DNA of 63,871 bases from Bacilli bacterium (lineage in GTDB: Bacteria; Bacillota_I; Bacilli_A; ML615J-28; CAG-313). Below the pieces are notes generated by a model. That model was not told the DNA's origin and ran no database searches. It saw only the letters and a program-made list of their open reading frames with translations. The position numbers were made by a program, and so were the translations under genes. The DNA lies in the NCBI GenBank assembly GCA_045612145.1, contig JAZKYN010000136.1, positions 1-63,871 on the forward strand. The letters are read 5' to 3'. Positions within the stretch are counted from its first letter, which is position 1. Each line of letters opens with the position of its first letter. Shown here piece by piece: positions 31,173 to 44,000 of the stretch.

Positions 31173-31904
31173 CTATTCCTCCAGTTCATATGAGATTGCT
31201 GCCATAGCATATGTAGGAGCAACTTCAGTCCTTAATATTCTTGGTCCAAGGCTTACAGGTAAGAAATTATTTTTATTTAAAAAATCAACTTCTTTATCAC
31301 TAATTCCACCTTCAGGTCCAAATAAAATAAGAATGTTTTTATATGAATATTCTTTTAAAACTTGTTTTAAAGGTTTATCTTTTGACGTAATCTCATATGC
31401 ATATAAACATAAATCATATTGATCTTTTAAATTAACCATTTCTTTAAAAGTAATAGGTTTTAAAACTTCTAGTAGTGCAGTCCTATGACTTTGTTCTGAA
31501 GCTTCTTTTGCAATTTTATTCATTCTTTCCATTTTTCTGTCTAATTTTTCATCATTAAACTTTACATTACATCTTTCCATATTTATAGGCAAATAGTAAG
31601 CTGCACCAAGTTGAGTTACTTTATCAATTACTTCTTCCATTTTTTCTCTTCTTGTAATGCCATGAGCAATTGTTACTTTTACAGGAAGTTCTTTTTTTTC
31701 ATTTAATGTTTCCATAATTTCTAAAACAACTTCGTTATCTGTAATTTGTGAAATTACACATTTATAACTATTTGTACCATCACTTACCAATACGTTGTTT
31801 CCTTCCTTCATTCTCATAACCTTTGTAATATGATGATAATCTCCATCAGAAATTATTACTTTATTATCAAATATATTTTTAGGGTCAACAAAGTATCTTT
31901 GCAT
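31173..31904 (-). CDS. rsmE: 16S rRNA (uracil1498-N3)-methyltransferase
   Basis: N-terminus MQRYFVD and C-terminal SPOUT knot LFGPEGGISDKEV...LGPRILRTE. The start is set at ATG 31904, after GAAGGTGA. The track ORF extends into the upstream terminator. Confidence 0.85.
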   Translation of the reverse strand: MQRYFVDPKNIFDNKVIISDGDYHHITKVMRMKEGNNVLVSDGTNSYKCVISQITDNEVVLEIMETLNEKKELPVKVTIAHGITRREKMEEVIDKVTQLGAAYYLPINMERCNVKFNDEKLDRKMERMNKIAKEASEQSHRTALLEVLKPITFKEMVNLKDQYDLCLYAYEITSKDKPLKQVLKEYSYKNILILFGPEGGISDKEVDFLNKNNFLPVSLGPRILRTEVAPTYAMAAISYELEE

Positions 31905-31926
31905 AATTTCACCTTCTTTCTTATTG

Positions 31927-31955
31927 ATTATACCAAAAAACTTGTTTTTTTGCAA
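31927..31955 (-). promoter_or_regulatory. sigma-A type promoter of rsmE-mtaB-helicase-nfo
   Basis: On the minus strand, TTGCAA (31950-31955), a 17-nt spacer, then TGgTATAAT (TATAAT at 31927-31932). It lies immediately downstream of the giant-gene terminator. Confidence 0.55.
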
Positions 31956-31970
31956 GAAGTTTAAACCCAC

Positions 31971-31999
31971 GAAAAAAAGGATATCCAAAAGGATATCCT
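31971..31999 (-). terminator. rho-independent terminator of the 4103-aa gene
   Basis: AGGATATCC-AAAA-GGATATCCT hairpin 12 nt below the stop (32011-32013), followed on the minus strand by a T7 run. Confidence 0.75.
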
Positions 32000-32010
32000 A
32001 ATTTTAGATA

Positions 32011-35000
32011 TTATCTACCTACGTATAAACCTTTAACCATTGAAGCTAATGTAATAGTTTGAGTTTGACCATCTTTAGTAATAGTTACTGTGTAAGTTAC
32101 ACATGTAGTTTCACTTGGTTGTTTAACAACTCTACCATTATCAGCAACGATATCAGTATTATTAGATTTCATAGATACTTCGTATCCTTCGAATTCTGTC
32201 ATCATTGTGTATTCAGATTCTACTAATTGTAAGAATTCACGCCAAATTTCACAATCATTTTCTAACATAGGTTGAGGACAGTTTTTACCAGAGAAGAAAT
32301 GATGTCCTTTAACTCTAGTCATATCTAAATCATTTCTAATCATAATGTCAGCAACTAATTGAGCAGTAATTTGCCATGTGTACCATAAGTCAGAACCTTT
32401 GTTTACACATGATTCAATACCGATTGAATTATAGTTACCACCACTTGAACAGATACGTCCTTCATATACTTGAGTATAGCACCACCATGTAGTACCCATA
32501 TAGTATTTACCATTTTCAACTTTCCATGGAAGACCCATATCATTGATAAATGATTCAGGAGTTCTATTAGCAAATCCAGATTGAGCGAATGCAGGTTGAG
32601 AAGAAATTGTACCATCAGCATTTAAGATATGATCTGTTCCTCTTGAACTATAGTTCCATGGTTTAGGCATTGGAATAGTAGTTTTTTTGCCATTGATTTC
32701 GAAATAGAAATCATCAGAAATTGTGATTACAGGTTCAGCTGGATCATTTGCTAATACTTCAATTCCAGTTTCCATCCATTTGAAATCACCAACTTGTGCA
32801 CGTGAACCAGAGTCACCAGCATGGAATGCAACATATTTTTCATCTGTACAATAGAAGATTCCATCGTTACCAGTTGTATAATGAATTGATGCAGCATTAG
32901 TAGTTGAGAAGTAGTTTGCATTTGCTGCAGCATCTGCACCAGATGCCATATTACCTGTATAGTGAACAGTTACCCATTCAACAGATGACATTTCACCACC
33001 ATTGTATGCAGTTTCTTGAGTTTTTGCATAGTATTTATCGCTAATAGTTAATTTATAGTTAGATAATAATTTAGAAACACTTCCAAAGATATCCATACTA
33101 TAAGCTCCACCGATATTTAAGTTATATCTAGTGAATACATTACTATTATTAGATTCAACAACTAATTCTAAAATTCCTTCAAGAGCTTCTTCTAATACAA
33201 CAACAACAAATTCTAATGTTAATGTTTCATTATCAGGGTCTGTTGCAACAATCTTAGCTTCACCAGCTTTTAATGCTGTAACAACACCGTTTGCATCAAC
33301 TGTAGCAATTTCAGGAGTTAATGAAGTCCATAATACATTTGCATTTGTACCATCTTTGCGAACAACTTGTGCATTTAATTGAATGCTATCGTCTTTTTCA
33401 ACGTATGAGTTTGTAGCGTAAGAACCATCAATATAATCTTCTGTATAAACAGTTAAATCAAATACAACGTCAATTTCACGGTTACCATATACTTTAACAG
33501 TAATAGTTGTTGTACCATTTGCTAAAGCAGTAATTAAACCTTTATTAGAAACTGTAGCAACTTCTTCATTACTTGAGAAGAATTCAACACTCTTATCTGT
33601 AGCGTTATCTGGAGCAATTGACCAAACTAATTGATGAGTTGTGAATAATAATAATTCAGTAACTTTATTAATTTCGATTGTAGTAGGTTTTACTTCTTCA
33701 GCCCATTTAGCATAGAATGTCTTATCACCAGTATCTGTTGATACAATTTGAGTAACAGGTTCACCATTGAATTCAGCATTATCATACCAACCTAAGAATT
33801 CAAGTCCATTTTCCATATGTAATGCAGGAAGAACTACGATTTGTCCACCACGGTAAGATGTTGGAATTTCTTGAGGAATCTTAGCTGCAGAACACATTTT
33901 TGGTAAGAATGATTTATAATATCCTTCACCAGTAGATGTCCATTGTAAGAATTGATGCATTCTAACCATTGTAGCATATGTATCAGTATAGAAGTTTTGA
34001 TCAGCATTAACACCTTTCATAGCTTCTGCGAATACTACGAAGAAATCAGACCATTTTTGATAGTATTTAGGAACATTTAAGAAATATTCTGTGCTACCAT
34101 CTTCTGCAGGATAATTACCTAATTCAGTATTACGTAATTTAATATCAGTATATGCAGCTAATTGTCCATCAATGTATGCTTTGTAATCTTCGAATGATTT
34201 AGTTTCTCCATTGCCTTGAGCCCATTCATATAAGTCAGCATATAATGCATCATAGATTTCGAATCTATCATATGCAGCACGTGAAGGCCATAAAGCATTA
34301 TCTTTGTTAGTAACAAATTCAACATTATAAATTTCACCTTCTAATACTGTGAAATCAGCAACTAATTCTAAGTTTCCTTTAGAATTTGCAGGAATTTCAA
34401 TTACTAATTCTCCATTTAATAACCAACCATTAAATTGGTGATTAGCTTTTGTAAGAGAAGGTAATGCGATAACCGCGTTATTTAAACTATTATAGTTATA
34501 AGTAAATGAATCTCTTGTTGAACCACCATTTAAATCATATGTGATAACCCAGAATTCAACAGTTTCTACTTCTGGTAAAGTTGGTTCAGAACCAAGAATA
34601 GTACCTTTAGTTTTTACATCAATAAAGTATTTATTTAATGTTTCTAAATCTGTAATAGCGTTACCATCATTGTCTTCATAATAGTTAGCACCAAAGATTG
34701 TATTGATTGGAGCAGTTGAATCATTATCACCTGATGTTCCATTTCTTGATGCGAAATAGTATGCATCTGGTAATCCAATGAATTTATTATTTAATACATT
34801 AACAACCCATGTACTTGAAGCATGGTTAGCAGCAGTACCATTGTTACGAAGTCTGATGTAATTTAAGCATCCTTCGAAGTGGTTGTTTTCAATATTAATT
34901 GTTGCACCTTTTTCTTGATAGTTACGTGCAGAGATTGCACCTGAGTATAATCCAGCATCTTTTGTACCAATATTAACGAATTTATTACCTTTAATATCGA

Positions 35001-38000
35001 TTGTAGTGTCATTAATGTTACCACCACCATAAATACGGAAGTAAATACCATTATATCCACCTAAAGTATCTTGTAAGAATTCATTATTAGTAAATGATAA
35101 GATACCATTATTGTATCCACCGTGATTAAATCTAATAGCATCACGTTCAAAGTTTTTAAATACGTTACCATCAAATGAAACATTTTGTACATAAGCTAAG
35201 TTAACGTTTGTATCTGAAACATTTTCAAATTTATTATTAAAGATAGCTAAATTTAATACTTGAGTAGAAGAAGATCCACCATTTAAGTACATAAATCCAT
35301 ATGTATAAGTATTAGTTTCAACCCATGCATTTGCAGCTTTTGTTGTATCATGTACATAGTTATTTTCAAATGTGAAATTAACTACTTGTCCACCAGAAAT
35401 TTTAGCATCACCAGTGAATGCAAGACCAACTAATTTTAAGTTTTTAGCAGCAGCAGCAATTTTAACAGCACCTGTTAATACAGCTTCAGCTTCTCTTACA
35501 CCTGAATTAGGGTTAACATATTGGTTAGGACCAGCAATTGTTAAGTTAGGAACTTTTATTTCAACATCTTCAGCATATGTACCAGCCATTAAGATAATCT
35601 TATCACCATCTTTTGCAGCAGCTAAAGCTTCAGCAAGAGTAGCATAATCTAGACCTTCACCAACATATAAAGCATCTTCTTTCCATGTAGCAACTAAAGT
35701 AACATCACCAGTTTGACCAATAGCTAAACTTTCAACGATTTGACCATTTAATGTCCAACCTAAGAATACATATTTGTCTTTAGTAGGAGTAGGAAGTTTT
35801 GCAAGACCAAGTTCTGAACTATAATATTCAGGAGCATTTTCAACTTCACCACCATTTAATTCATAAGTAATTTTGTATGAATTTTCTTTATCTACATATT
35901 GAGGAACTTCATCTTCATTTGCATAATAAGGATCGTATGTTGCATTTAAGAATGAACTTGCAAGAACTGCTACATCATAGAAGTTATATCTTGCATCAAT
36001 ATTATAAGCACATGCATTATTAATAAAGTATGTTGCAGAACAATTTAATAATTTATTATAGTTAACTGTAACTGGTTGAGTTTCAGCATTTCTGTTTGCA
36101 TTTGCATCTGATCTGTATAATGAATAAGAATTATCTACAGTATTGTATGCAAAGTTAACAGGAGATTTACCATCAGCAGCACCACTATAAGTTCCCATTC
36201 TTACAGCACAGTGAGAACCAGCTGTTTGACCATTATTTAAGAATGTATTATTAACAATTTCATAATTACCTTCTTGATAGTTAATGAACCAAATAACATA
36301 TTGAGCAAAGTTTTCGAAGTGGTTACCAATGATTTTAACATCACCTTTGATACCGAATTCACCTTTATGTGCATCAGCATCATCAGTTGTAATTTTAATA
36401 GCATCATTGTAATTTTTTCTACTTACATTGAAGTTACTATTTTTAATAGTTAATCCATCGATTTGTCCACCGAAGAAAATCATTGGACGACCATTTGTAA
36501 CGTCTGTTTGTTTAATATTTGAAATAACGATATTTTCATATACAGCACCAGCAGTGTATGTATAGAAGAATAATGGAGCATTTGTTGACCATGTTTCAGG
36601 GTTAGTTAATGAATCTTGAATTACAACGTTTGTAATTGTAGGATTAGCAACACCATTATCATTACCTTTAATACGTCCATTTTCAGTTAATTTAATACCA
36701 TCGATTGTAACATCATTAGCACTAATTACAACATCACCAGTAAATACTGTTTCGTTAGTTCTTTCAACTTGGTTAGGGTTAACACCAGCGTTAGCACCTA
36801 AAATAGTAACAGATTTTGTAATATTAATTGTTGTATAAGTACCAGCAGCAATTTTGATTGTATCTCCATCAACTGCAGCTTCTAATGCTTCTTCAAATGT
36901 TGCATATGCATCAGGATTATTAGCATCAACAACTAATTCTTTTGCAGGAACATCTAATTTATTCCATGCAGCATATAAAGTAACATCTTCTTCGCAATCA
37001 GCAGCGATTGATGTAATAGCTTGTGTACAAGCTTCATCAGCAAACCAACCTAAGAATTCATATCCAGCTTTTGTTGGAGTAGGAAGTGTTGCAAGACCAA
37101 CACCTAAAAGATAATCTTTAGGAGCACCTTCAGGAAGTTTACCACCATCTAATACATAGTTAATAGCTTTAGCAGTTTCAGCTTCCCATTTAGCAACTAA
37201 TTCATAATCTCTATTTTCAAGTTTTTCAACTAAAGTTTCACCTTCATACCAACCTAAGAATTTATATCCTTCACGAGTAGGAATAGGTAAAACAACAGCT
37301 TCATTATAACCAAATTCTACTTTAGCTCCTTCAGGTAAAATTCCTTCAGCAACATCGTAAGAAATTGTATATTTTAAAGTAGCAGTATCAACCCATTTTG
37401 CAGTTAATGTGCAATTTGATCTAACAGCTGTAACTAAATCTTCACCAATATACCAACCTAAGAATAAATGACCTTCTTTAACTGGAGTAGGTAAAGCATC
37501 TTTAGCACAATAAGTATTATCCATATCGCCTAATAGAGCATTAAATCTAGCAATATTTTCAGCAACTGAGTAATCTACCATATAACCATCGTACATACCT
37601 TTTTCAGCAGGAGCAAGATTTTCATTAATTAAACCTTGAATCCAATAACGGAAGATAGTTCTTGCATTACCACCATCATTAATATTAACAGCATTTACAT
37701 CACCAGCGATCATACCATCTAACATTTTGAATAAGTCAGTGTAATATTCATTACCTAAGAAGTTATTAGCAGCAGCTGCAGCTTGCATTTCAACTTTTGC
37801 AAATTCAAAGAACCATTTATATTTAGCAAGCATTTCTGCATTACTCCAAACATATTTAATATTTGGATGAGATGTTCCTTTGAAGTTTTCTTTTGTAGTT
37901 ACTTTAGCATCAGATTTACCTGTGCTATTAAAATCTTTTAATAATTCTTCAGCAAATGAATTTAAATCTTGACCTTCCCAATGACCACCATCAAGTTCGA

Positions 38001-41000
38001 ATTCAACTGTCCATTCGTAGTCATCGATATGAATCCATTCAGCAACTAATACATCATCACCAGTTGCATTTTGAACTTTTACACCATCTAAATACCAACC
38101 TAAGAAAATATAATTTTCTTTTACAGCTACTGGTAATTCTTCATTTGGTTCAACAGTTCTTTGAACTGGGCAATAAACATTAGTGAATTTTTCCATATTA
38201 TATTCATTAGAGAAATCTAACATAAATGGATAATCACCATTACCAACAATCTTATGGTTCATTAAACCTTCTAACCAGAAACGGAATGCAGTTCTACCTT
38301 CAGCATATGAACCACCAATTGTAGCAGTATTACCAGCGATTAAACCTTCTAACATTTCAACTGTATTTGTATAACGAGCAGATTCAGTTACACCATTTGC
38401 TTCACCTGCAGCTTTGATTTCTTCAAGTGCAAATACAAATAACCAATGATATTTTTCTAACATTTCTGTATTATTAAATACATATTTAATATTTGGATGA
38501 GAAGTTGATTTAAAGCTTTCTCTTGTAGTAACAACTGCATCACTTGCACCAGTACTATTGAAATCTTTAACTAATTCTTCAGCAAATTGATCTAAATTCT
38601 TTTCAAATTGACCACCGTTTAAATCGAAGATTACTTCGTAACCAGTTTGTCCAATTTCTTTCCATTTAGCAGTTAATTTATAATTTTCATTACCAATTTT
38701 ATTAACATATTCGCCTAATTGTGTCCAGCCTAAGAATTCATATCCTTCTTTAACTGGTTCAGGAATTACAACTTCTTGTCCATATTCAAATGATGTAGGT
38801 CCTTCTGTTCCTTCTAACCATGAACCTTCATTTAAATCATATTGAATTTCAAATTTAATAATTTCCCATTTAGCAGTTAAACTAGCATCACCAGATACTT
38901 TTTCAACTTTATCATCACCATCAAACCAACCTAAGAAGATATAACCAGTACGAACAGGAGTTGGTAATTTATCTTCAACAGATAATTTAAATACGCTGTT
39001 TTGAGCAGCTAAAGCAGCTTCAAATCTTTCCATATTTTCAGCAACAGAGAAGTCAGTCATGAATGGATAATCGCTATTACCAACGATTTTTTTGTTCATT
39101 AATCCTTCTAACCAGAATCTGAAAGCAGTTCTACCTTCAGCATATGAACCACCAATTGTTGCAGTATTACCAGCAATTAATCCTTCTAACATTTCAACTG
39201 TATTAGTATAACGAGCTTCACTTGTAGTACCATTAGCTTTTGCAGCAGCTTTGATTTCTTCAAGCGCTAATACAAATACCCAATGATATTTTTCTAACAT
39301 TTCAGCTTTATCAAATACATATTTAATGTTTGGATGAGAAGTAGCTTTAAAGTCTTCTTTAGTAGTAACTTTAGCATCACTTGCACCAGTGCTATTGAAA
39401 TCTTTAACTAATTCTTCAGCAAATGCATCTAAATCCATACCTTCAACGTTAAGAGCACCACCTTGTGCATCTAATGCAACATTATATTTAGCAGCTTCCC
39501 ATTTAGCAACTAATGTTGCTTCATAAGTAGCAGTTTCTACTTGAGTTTCACCATCAAACCAACCTACAAATACATAATGTTCTCTTTCGATTGCAGGTAA
39601 TTTTGCACCATGTTCTAATACTTGAGATGGCATAGATGCTCCACCTTCTTGAACATCATAGAATTTTTGTAAATTTTCAGCAACAGAGAAGTCAGTCATG
39701 AATGGATAATCTTTATTACCAACAATTTTTTGGTTCATTAATCCTTCTAACCAGAAACGGAATGCTGTTCTTCCTTCAGCGTAATCTCCACCAATTGTTG
39801 CAGTATTACCAGCGATTAATCCTTCTAACATTGCAACCGTATTAGTGTAACGAGCTTCACTTGTAGTACCATTTGCTTTTGCTGCAGCTTTAATTTCTTC
39901 AAGCGCAAATACAAATACCCAATGATATTTTTCTAACATTTCAGCTTTATTAAATACATATTTGATGTTTGGATGAGATGTAGCTTTGAAATCTTCTTTA
40001 GTAGTAACTTTTGCATCGCTTGCACCAGTACTATTGAAATCTTTAACTAATTCTTCAGCAAATTCATCAAGAGTAAGAGGTTCAGAATATTCTGTACCAT
40101 CGTTGTAATCAAAATAAATTTTATATTCATTAACTTTCCATGTAGCAACAAGTGTTAAAGCACCTGAAGTACCAGCAGGTATCTTATCGATTTTTTCACC
40201 ATTTAATTCCCATCCTGTGAATGTATAACCTTCACGTAATGGATCACATAAAATGATTTCATCTAATTTGCTATATTTATCAGGATTTGAATCACTATTT
40301 GTACCACCGTTTAATTCATAAGTAATTTCAAATCTTTCAGAGATATATTTTGCCCATAATTCGATATCACCAGTTGTTCCAAGAGGTAATTCATAAATAG
40401 CTTCACCAGTTAATTCAGCATTAGTATACCAACCAGCAAATTCTTGACCAGCAGGAGCACCAGGGATTGCAAGAGTATAAGGTAAATCTTCAACAGTATA
40501 TGTTGTTGGAGCAAGAACTACTTCTTCATGAATTAATTCAAAATGATCCCATACTTTACCCCAAACTTCTTCTGATGTATAGTCACTACCATAACCAGCA
40601 GTAACACCAGCATCTTTAGAAGATCTTGTTAATAAGTTTTGAAGTTCTCCACGAGCTTCAGCTTGACCATCGTCTTTTGTTAATTCAGCAGCACCACGAG
40701 CAACACGTGCTTCATTAATGATAACTAATAATCCATTCCATTTAGCACCGTATTCAGCACTTGTTAAGAAGTTATAACCAGCACTTGAACCATCGCCCAT
40801 ATAAGATCTTGCAAAGAAGTCAGATCCATCAGATTTAACTACTTTACCAGAATGTTTGTTGAAATCAACAACGAAATCAGCAACTAATGCAGCCCAATCA
40901 GCGTAATCACCAACTTGAATTGTGATAGTAGGAAGAGTACCTTCACCAGCATTATATTTAATTGAATATTCGATTGCTTCCCATGCAGCGTAAACTGTTT

Positions 41001-44000
41001 TTTCGCCTTTATCTAAAGCAGTGAATTCAGTTACTGCTACTGTGCAAGCAGCGTCTAAGAACCAACCTTTAAATTCATATCCTGAACGTGTAGCACCTTT
41101 AGAAAGAGCAACACCAGTTTCTTCAACGTATGATGTAGGAGCACCAGCTTCTAATGCACCACCGTTTAATTCATAATTAATAGCATAAGTATCAAATGCG
41201 ATTACTGAATCAGACCATCTAGCATATAAAGTAATATCGCCAATTAGATCTAATGAAATAGCTTCTACTTTACCATTTTTAAGATCACTATTTGTATACC
41301 AACCAACAAATGTAGCATCCTTTTTATTAGGAGTAGCAAGTGCAACTGGTAAATCATTAATTGTATATTCGTTTACAGCTTCAGTACCAACTTGAATGTC
41401 TTTATTAGGACATGCAGCCCAGAATGCTTCACCATCAACTTCTTTAAAGTTTAGAGAAACTGGAGAAACAGATGTTAACATTGTTTCTTGTAATAAAGCA
41501 GCAAAGTTAGATCTTGCATATTTATTAAAGTTAGCAGCACCAGCAGTTAATGATAAGTAAGCTTTACCTGTATATCCTGCTTCTGCAGCATATTCAGCAA
41601 CATATTCTAATACCCAACCCCATTTAGCAGCCATTTCAGCGTTATTGAAGAATGAGTATAATCCGTATTTAACTGATTTACCGTAGAAGTTAGCAGCAGT
41701 AACATCAGCAACACCAGTTAATGTAGCATAATCATTAATGAATTCAGCAACGAATGCATCAAATGAATCGTATAATTCAGCAACTTCGTCTCTAACGAAT
41801 TGTCCACCATTTAATTCATAAGTAATTTCATAAACTGTTAATTCCCATGCAGCATATAATTTAACACTTTCAAGTAATCCAGCTTCGATAGCTTCAACTT
41901 TTTCAGTGCATGCAGCATCAGAATACCAACCTAAGAATGTATAACCTAATTTAGTAGGAACAGGAAGAGTAGCTAAACCTTCAGCGTATGTAAATGATGT
42001 AGCAGCACCTTCTGGTAATACACCTTCATTTAATACATATTCAACAGCAATTGGATCATGAGACCATTTAGCTTCTAATACAACATCTTTAGCGATTAAA
42101 GCATTGATAGTTTCAACTTTTTCACCATTTAAATACCAGCCTAAGAATTCGTTTCCAGCTTTAGCAGGAACTGGTAATGTGATTTCGCCATCAGTATAAA
42201 TGAATGAAGTTACAGGATCAACAGCACCTGGTTTTTTAACTAAATCCCAGAAACCATTTCCGATAGCATCTAATGAATAATCAGCAGTTACATAATTTTT
42301 ATTTTTTGAATATTGAATAGCACCAACAAAACCTCTTAATTCATAAGCAATTGAGTAAATATAGTTACTATTTGCAGCATTTAACTCTGATTGACTATTA
42401 TATTTATTGAAGTTTTCCCATGCTTTTTTATTAGCAGAACCAGCTACGCTTGTAATATAATCTACTAACCAAGCCCATTTAGTTCTATATTCAGCATTAT
42501 ATAAGAATAATGATGCATCACTAATTTCACTCCAAGAACCTAGAGCTGAGAATGTTGCAGCTGTATGAGATTTACCTCTTGCAGTATTATAATCATTTAA
42601 GAAATCAGCAACTAATTCTTCACGAGATGAATATAAATAATTGCTTAATAATCCACCATTGTAGTTATATGTGATTGTATATTGATCAAGTTCAAATTTA
42701 GCAGTTAATTCAATATCACCAGCAGAACCTTTTTCAATTTTTTCAACTTTATTACCATCAGCATCATACCAACCTAAGAATTTTTCACCAAGTTTGTAAG
42801 CAACAGGTAATTCGAATGTTTCTGTATTAACTGTGAAAGTATTTACTAATTCAAAATTTAATAATTGATCCCAGAAACCATTAGCTAATTCATCATTAGT
42901 AAAGTCAGCACTCTTTGGCCAGCTTGCGCGACAATCTTCAAATAAGAATGCACCTAAAGAATATCTCCAGAATGCTTCACTACCACTGATTAAGCTATCT
43001 TTGCTTCCGCCTTCAGTAGACTCGATGATATAGTCTTTTAACCAAGCCCATTTAGCAGCATATTTAGCATCTGAGAAGAATCCATAAATAGCACTAAATA
43101 CGTTAGCGAATCCATATGCGTCTCCTGAATCATCAACCATGCAAGTAGGTTTGTTTGTTTTACCTGCCCATGCCATAGCATCATTTAAGAAATCATCAAC
43201 CATAGCAGCACGATCTTTACCATATTCATATAAATCACCAGGGTTAAGTGACCAGTCACCACCATTTAAGTTATATGAAATAGTGTATTCAGCTAATTCC
43301 CATTTAGCAACTAATTCAACGTTACCAATAGTTAATTTTTCAACTTTGTTTTCACCAGCATACCAACCTAAGAAATTATATCCATGTTTAGTTGGAGCAA
43401 CAAGAGTAACAGGAGCATCAACAACTGTGTATGCAGTTGGGTTAGTTTCAGCACCTTCACCACCAGCTAAATCATAACTTACAGTGTAAGTAATAATATC
43501 CCATTTAGCATAAAGTGTTAAGTCTTCTCTTGCATCAGCAGGGATTTCTGTTAATGCTTCACCAGTAAATGCAGCGTTATCATACCAACCAGCAAATGTA
43601 TAACCTTCTTTTGTAGCTTCAGCTAAAGCGATAGGAAGATTAAATACGTTGTAACCAGCAGGGTTAGTAGCAGCATTTGTACCACCGTCTAAAACGTAGT
43701 TAACTGTGAAATCAGACTCTAAAACTTCAAGTTCAAATTTATATGTACGATATTCTTCTTCGTATAATAAATTTTCTGCAACAACTGTAATAGTTACTTT
43801 ACCAGCTTTTAAAGTAGTAATTAAACCATTTTCATCGATTGCAGCAACTTCTGGATTAGATGATGCATAAGTTAATTTAACATTTTCTTCTGCTTCTGCA
43901 GGAGTAAATGTGCATTCAACTTGGCTAGTTTTTCCTTTAAGGATACTGCCTTCAGCACCAACAAATTCCATTTCAGGAAGTCTGTCTTGAATAACTGTGA

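Larger units (their letters stand above)
36960..43720 (-). repeat. array of 16 Listeria-Bacteroides (Flg_new-like) repeats, 8 of them interrupted by a helical module
   Basis: Sixteen GxxFxGW(Y/F) ... AKW units counted in the translation. Modules were located from DNA landmarks at about 42860-43212, 42245-42624, 41410-41769, 40540-40896, 39650-40068, 39010-39429, 38180-38592 and 37540-37962. Confidence 0.75.

Noticed and set aside
31905-31988. N-terminal extensions in the ORF track: rsmE to 31988, mtaB to 31222, yrrN-like to 63149, carB to 24358, pyrB to 27527, deoC to 4253, the M16 partner to 2768 and tcdA from 59003
   Set aside because: In each case an internal ATG with a well-spaced GGAGG-type Shine-Dalgarno matches the conserved N-terminus of the family. 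The longer version would overlap the upstream gene or a terminator hairpin.
37540-40068. Regularly spaced repeats that could be mistaken for a CRISPR or other non-coding array
   Set aside because: The repeat units are about 420 nt long and in frame within one continuous ORF, and they encode a conserved protein module. There are no short repeat-spacer units and no cas genes in the window.
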